NCBI GenBank assembly: GCA_965235115.1
Contig: OZ249440.1
Coordinates: forward strand, 35,094,001 to 35,158,000
DNA length: 64,000 nt
Source: Laetmonice hystrix
Taxonomy: Eukaryota
Reading direction: 5' to 3'
Below the pieces are notes generated by a model. The model was not told where the DNA came from and did no database searches. It saw nothing but the letters and a program-made list of their open reading frames with translations. The translations under genes and the position numbers were made by a program. Every line of letters begins with the position of its first letter. Within the stretch, counting starts at the first letter, position 1. This document shows, piece after piece, positions 59,207-64,000 of the stretch.

Positions 59207-62200
59207 TGTTGTGGACCCACCCTGGCGAGGCGGCAGTCGGAGGTAGGAGGGAGACGGGGGGAGGCTTACCGTGGCATGTACCCCAGTGAAGACAACTCAA
59301 CGATGGCTGGCGGTGGTGATCATTGTATTCTCCAATATACACAGAGTATCGCGAGATACTCTACTTAACCTAGAGGCCGAACCTCATGCTACTGACCAAC
59401 CGAGAACAACTCTCTCACTGACCAACTCCCAGAGTAGGAGTGGAGTCGGTGAGCGCCAAAACAAACTTAACTAACTGGATATTCGGTGCCCCTATATATA
59501 CGAAGCGCCGTCCGTGTCGGCATCCCGGCCGGAACTCCACCCCCTCCGCTTTGCCAGCAGTGGACCCCGGTGGCTGCGGTCACCAACACGGACCTACAAG
59601 ATGACATCGTGTCACCGGTCGGTCAGTGTCCGGATCCCGCAGCTCCTAGTGACACCGCTCGCCCAGCTGGTGGTCCGCCATGGAGGCCAACACGGACGGA
59701 AGACGCTGGGTACGTGCCGGTGTCAACTCACCATGACATCGGTATCAATGCCACCATTATACAACTTGGGAGGTGACGGCCCGAACATTCCGGGTTCCAG
59801 CCCGTACCAGCATCCGACTTAAGGGAACCCAATACTCCAGCAACTACATGATTAAATATATACACGACATCCGAGCCGCCCATCCTTAAGGGAATATAAC
59901 GAACACAAGGATTCGACTATACAAACATACAGAGATAGTAAAGTATACAGTAATAATATATAGGCATACATATATATACGGGGGAGGCCAACTATACTAA
60001 ATGTCCAGCGGCTGCGAAGCCTAGCCGCAACATACCTCCCCCCCCCTTAAAGATTGAAGTCCATTCTCAATCTATTCTACGGTAGTGGCCATCGCATGCG
60101 GTGGAATCGACGTCAGCCTGGAGTAGCCTGATGCTACCGTGGAGGTGCGTGAGCCTCCCATTCCAGCTGGTATCCTGTCGCTAGCTGCCACATCCCACGC
60201 TGCACATACATGTACCCGGAACCTTCGTTACCTCGGTGGGGCTACGGCAACGACTGGTGCCACCAAACTCCCAATAGTGCCGGAGGCGCTGCGGCCTCCA
60301 CATCACACCGTGGAGTAACCCCACCTACAAAGTCAAGTTCTCAGGACCGGCTGGTCCTCACACGCCCGTCGCACAGACGGGTAGCGCCTCCTCGACAGGA
60401 GCGCACTCCCAAGGCCTCCGTTTGCCTTGTATTGACGGCCACCAGGGGGGCGCACCTGGAGCGTGATCAGCGCTCCCGCCCTAGCCACTGGTAGCCCGTC
60501 AATCCTTGCCACGACTGAGGATCACGCCGCCTGGCCAGCCCAATTTCCCTTGGCCGCTGCCAGGCGGTCCTCCCGGCAACTGCTGTATGCTCCGACAGCC
60601 GGCCTCCGTGGAGGTTAAGCCGCACCACCCTATAGTGGTCTCACTGTCGAGCATAGCCAGACAATATCATGTCTGGCCGACCGACCCCCTCGATCCACGT
60701 CGGGGATCCAACACATAGCCTGTCCGTTCAGGCACGCAAAATACACAAATATATAAATCGAAGCAGACTACGGCCTTTACAAAACACACAGTTATAAATC
60801 AAACCAGGTTATGGCCTATACTATAACTCGGTTACACAACCAGAAAAAGCCCTACCGTTTATAGCGTCCGTTATGTGGCGAATATAAAATACACAAATCG
60901 CCACCACAAATTATGGCCTAGCTATACAAAGGCTCGCCCAGAAATGGCCTACGGTAAATACACATATACAGTGTCCGTTCCCAAACTGGCATCCCGCGGG
61001 TCCAGTGTCGTCGGCGCGTCCACAGCCCGCTGGGTCACCGTTCGCCCTCGCCGAATCGTCGCCCTCGGTGGCACCATCGTCCCTGAGGGCACCGTCGCCC
61101 TCGGCGCCCAGCCCGCGACACTGACTGACCTGCCCTGGGCCAGTGCGAGGTTACACACCCCCGCCCCAGGTCCAATGCGGCCAGTCACGCCTCCCAGCTG
61201 ATCCGGTCCACTGACCTTCCCACGGTCACCCCGAGCGCGCGCGACGTCCATCCTGCGCCTCTGGGTCGCCCAGCGGGTACTGCACCCCGTCAATGATATG
61301 CCTGATCCTGGGCCCCGGGATCCGGGCCTCGAAGGGGGCGTAGTGCACCCCGTCCAGGGACAGGATGATCGCCACGTCTATGGTGCTTACCGTCAGCCTG
61401 CGCGTCCAGCCGTCGTACGTACCAGTTAAATGATGCTGGTACAACTGTGCCCGAACCTCGCAAGTGGCATCGCCGCCTGCTGCAGCACCTGGCGGTGAGT
61501 GGGATCCGCCACCCTAACGCGCGCCTCCCGCCCGACGGAGAAAATCTTCAGGGCGGGCTTGGTCGTTGTCCGCATGGCCACACTCAATTTTAGTCCTCGT
61601 TTCTCAGAGAATCCTCATAGATCTCGAAGCTGACCGGATCGAACGCTCAGAGCACTAGGTTGTCTTGGGCGATGAGGATGAGCATTCTTCTAGTGGCTAG
61701 GTACGCAGCATGGTAGACAATGCCGTCGACAACGCCTGTGAACAACAGAATGATGCTGTTCCTTCTTGCCTCCCGTTCTAAACGTGCATAGTCTCTAGCC
61801 GAAACTATCACCGTGCCCTCCATGCGGCAACCGTCTGCAATCCACCGTCCAACTTACCTCTCAGGGTTGGGAGTCCGTGTACTGGACGGTCATGAGATCA
61901 GGCATCGCGTGGAGTGTGTATGTCCACACTGCAGCGCCACGCGGTGCCGTCAAAGAGACCGTCCCATCGCGGTCACCAAATATGTTGTGGACCCACCCTG
62001 GCGAGGCGGCAGTCGGAGGTAGGAGACGTGAGCTCACCAAATATGTAGTGGCCCAAGTCCCATCGCGGTCACCAAATATGTTGTGGACCCACCCTGGAGA
62101 GGCGGCGGTCGTAGGTAGGAAGGAGACGGGGGGGGGACTTACCGTACCATGTACCCCAGTGAAGACAACTCAACGACGGCTGGCGGTGGTGATCATTGTA

Positions 62201-62654
62201 TTCTCCAATATACACAGAGTATCGCGAGATACTCTACTTAGCCTAGAGGCCGAACCTCATGCTACTGACTGTGTCGGCATCCCGGCCGGAACTCCACCCC
62301 CTCCGCTTTGCCAGCAGTGGACCCCGGTGGCTGCGGTCACCGACACGGACCTACAAGATGACATCGTGTCACCGGTCGGTCAGTGTCCGGATCCCTCAGC
62401 TCCTAGTGACACCGCTCGCCCAGCTGGGGGTCCGCCATGGAGGCCAACACGGACGGAAGACGCTGGGTACGTGCCGGTGTCAACTCACCATGACATCGGT
62501 ATCGATACCACCATTATACAACTTGGGAGGTGACGGCCCGAGCATTCCCGGTTCCAGCCCGTACCAGCATCCGACTTAAGGGAACCCAATACTCCAGCAA
62601 CTACATGATTAAATATATACACGACATCCGAGCCGCCCATTCTTAAGGGAATAT
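59207..62654 (-). mobile_element. Non-autonomous LTR retrotransposon (no gag/pol recognised); 5' LTR truncated
   Basis: 826-bp LTR 59207-60032 (TGTTGTGG...CCGCAACA) preceded on the minus strand by PPT TTAAGGGGGGGGGAGGTA. A second LTR copy runs 62079-~62654 with a ~120-bp deletion. PBS-like TGGTGACCGCGATGGGAC. Confidence 0.85.
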
Positions 62655-62659
62655 ACACA

Positions 62660-62799
62660 CCATGGGCCCGTGTGATATGCTCTCCGCACTGGCGTTACGT
62701 GTAACTGCCCATGGGACCAGCTAGTGGGTTCTGGTGAGCCTTGAACTCGCGATCTCCGGATCACGAGCCATGCTCTCTTACCACTACACTAGCCGGGAC
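62660..62799 (-). mobile_element. tRNA-derived SINE head or tRNA pseudogene
   Basis: Minus strand GTCCCGGCTAGTGTAGTGGTAAG...CTCGTGA...GAGTTCAAGGC contains A-box- and B-box-like motifs, without a good acceptor stem. Confidence 0.55.
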
Positions 62800-62840
62800 A
62801 CTTACACTGTTTAGAGTTAAACCGGACCAGATGGCCTCGT

Positions 62841-62892
62841 GGTGCTATGAATAAAACCCCTCGCTGACGCTCGGGGTTTTATTCATAGCACC
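62841..62892. repeat. Perfect 20-bp inverted repeat with a 12-nt loop
   Basis: GGTGCTATGAATAAAACCCC-TCGCTGACGCTC-GGGGTTTTATTCATAGCACC. Confidence 0.9.
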
Positions 62893-63817
62893 CCTCGTAT
62901 TTTTTTTTTCTCTCGAAAAAAAAACCTCGACTACGTCTCTGTTTTTTTCCTCGTGTTTTTTTTTGCTCACTCAAAAAAACCCTCGACTTCGTCTCTTGAT
63001 TTTATAAAGAAATGTCCCCAAACCCTTTTTTCCGAAAAAAAGTGTACAGAATTAAAGTTTATTTTGGTGATATGTGGTTCATTCTGGATCTTAAATTAAG
63101 GCTATAATATAATACCATATAGCCAAACACATATAACTTTCAGGATATTTAACTTTTCATGACTTTAATTTAATTTAACTTTGTCTCGTATTTTTTTCTC
63201 GCGTTTTTTTTTCTCGCGTTTTTTTCTCTCCCACGAGAAAAAGCCTCGAAATTCTCGTTAGGCCTATATTATCTCGATGTGTCATATTTTAAATATGGCA
63301 AAAGCATACATCACCTATACATAACAAGTTTAACGTGGACATTAGATTTATTTAGGCTTGTATTAAAGGCTTTAGCCTTATTAGTGCTTCTGTAGGCATC
63401 AACTTCTTGTCGAGAATATTCCTATGGCAAATAATGGATATAGACATCATTTCGTACTTTGTCAATGAAAACATTTATTTCCACAATGAAATTTATTTCG
63501 CCAAATATAATCACTTTCTTTTTCGCGTTTTTATTTACTGCTGTGTAAATTCAAGGTGAAATAACAATTGTGGAATGATGAGCCGGTCATAAACGCGTCG
63601 AGGCTGGATGTTTACGTTGGGGTAACCTCAGTCCTTTCCGTTGTGTCGACAGGGTTTGGCCTAGCTTCTAATATTCGGCCCAATTCTCGCTGCTGTTCTA
63701 CTGATGTCCTTTTATATGAGCGAACTCATACTTAGAAAAGGCACAATCCCGGAAGCAAAGCAAGCATGAATAAAATTCACCACCCAAAAAAATTGTTTCT
63801 TTTATGAGCATAATTTG

Positions 63818-63891
63818 AGTGTCGTAGGGGATTTGAACTAGCGATGTTGGGTTCACGAGGCGACGACTTTAACCATTACACCACAGAAGCC
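63818..63891 (-). pseudogene. tRNA-like sequence (Thr-CGT-like), pseudogene or SINE head
   Basis: GGCTTCTGTGGTGTAATGGTTAAAGTCGTCGCCTCGTGAACCCAACATCGCTAGTTCAAATCCC has an A box, a B box and a CTCGTGA loop, but the stems are mispaired. Confidence 0.5.
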
Positions 63892-64000
63892 GCTGTAATC
63901 TACTACCAGGCTAATCTGTCCTGTGTGCTGCAAAAATGCCAAGGTCATGGTCAATATGTGGTCGGTCAAAGAAGGGGTCAGCGAACCGCGACGACAGGCG

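Noticed and set aside
61877..62533. 218-aa ORF and related ORFs at 59271-59822
   Set aside because: These are antisense read-throughs of GC-rich LTR and PBS duplications, and the frames are not conserved between the two LTR copies.
63818..63891. Functional tRNA gene
   Set aside because: The acceptor and anticodon stems do not pair properly, so it is treated as a pseudogene or SINE head.

Overview
This is eukaryotic DNA, probably from a marine invertebrate (species not determinable), and it is almost entirely nested transposable elements. I found no host gene, RNA gene cluster or CRISPR array. From left to right: (1) a decayed Sola2-like DNA transposon end; (2) a degenerate Gypsy gag-pol with a TTA-TSD MITE in its integrase; (3) a ~119-bp satellite; (4) a DD82E (Sailor-type) Tc1/mariner with an intact ORF and both TIRs, carrying one full-length and one 5'-truncated Nimb/I-group LINE; (5) a 25.3-kb Mutator-like element (TIRs, 8-bp TSD) whose 8-exon PHD-FLYWCH-DDE transposase still splices into a complete 671-aa ORF; (6) a cluster of Academ-like termini, including a 4.15-kb foldback element with an orientation-switching 52-bp satellite inside a CR1/L2-type RT; (7) several MITEs; (8) a non-autonomous LTR element with three stacked LTR-end/PBS junctions; (9) tRNA-derived SINE heads. 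Intron 6 of the Mutator-like element holds a Kolobok element (THAP-DDE transposase plus a convergent KolX/P2X7-ballast-like gene), which itself holds a young Copia and a MITE with a LINE fragment. A second full-length LINE sits just after the Mutator stop codon. Coordinates were read by eye, and family names come from motif recognition, not database searches.
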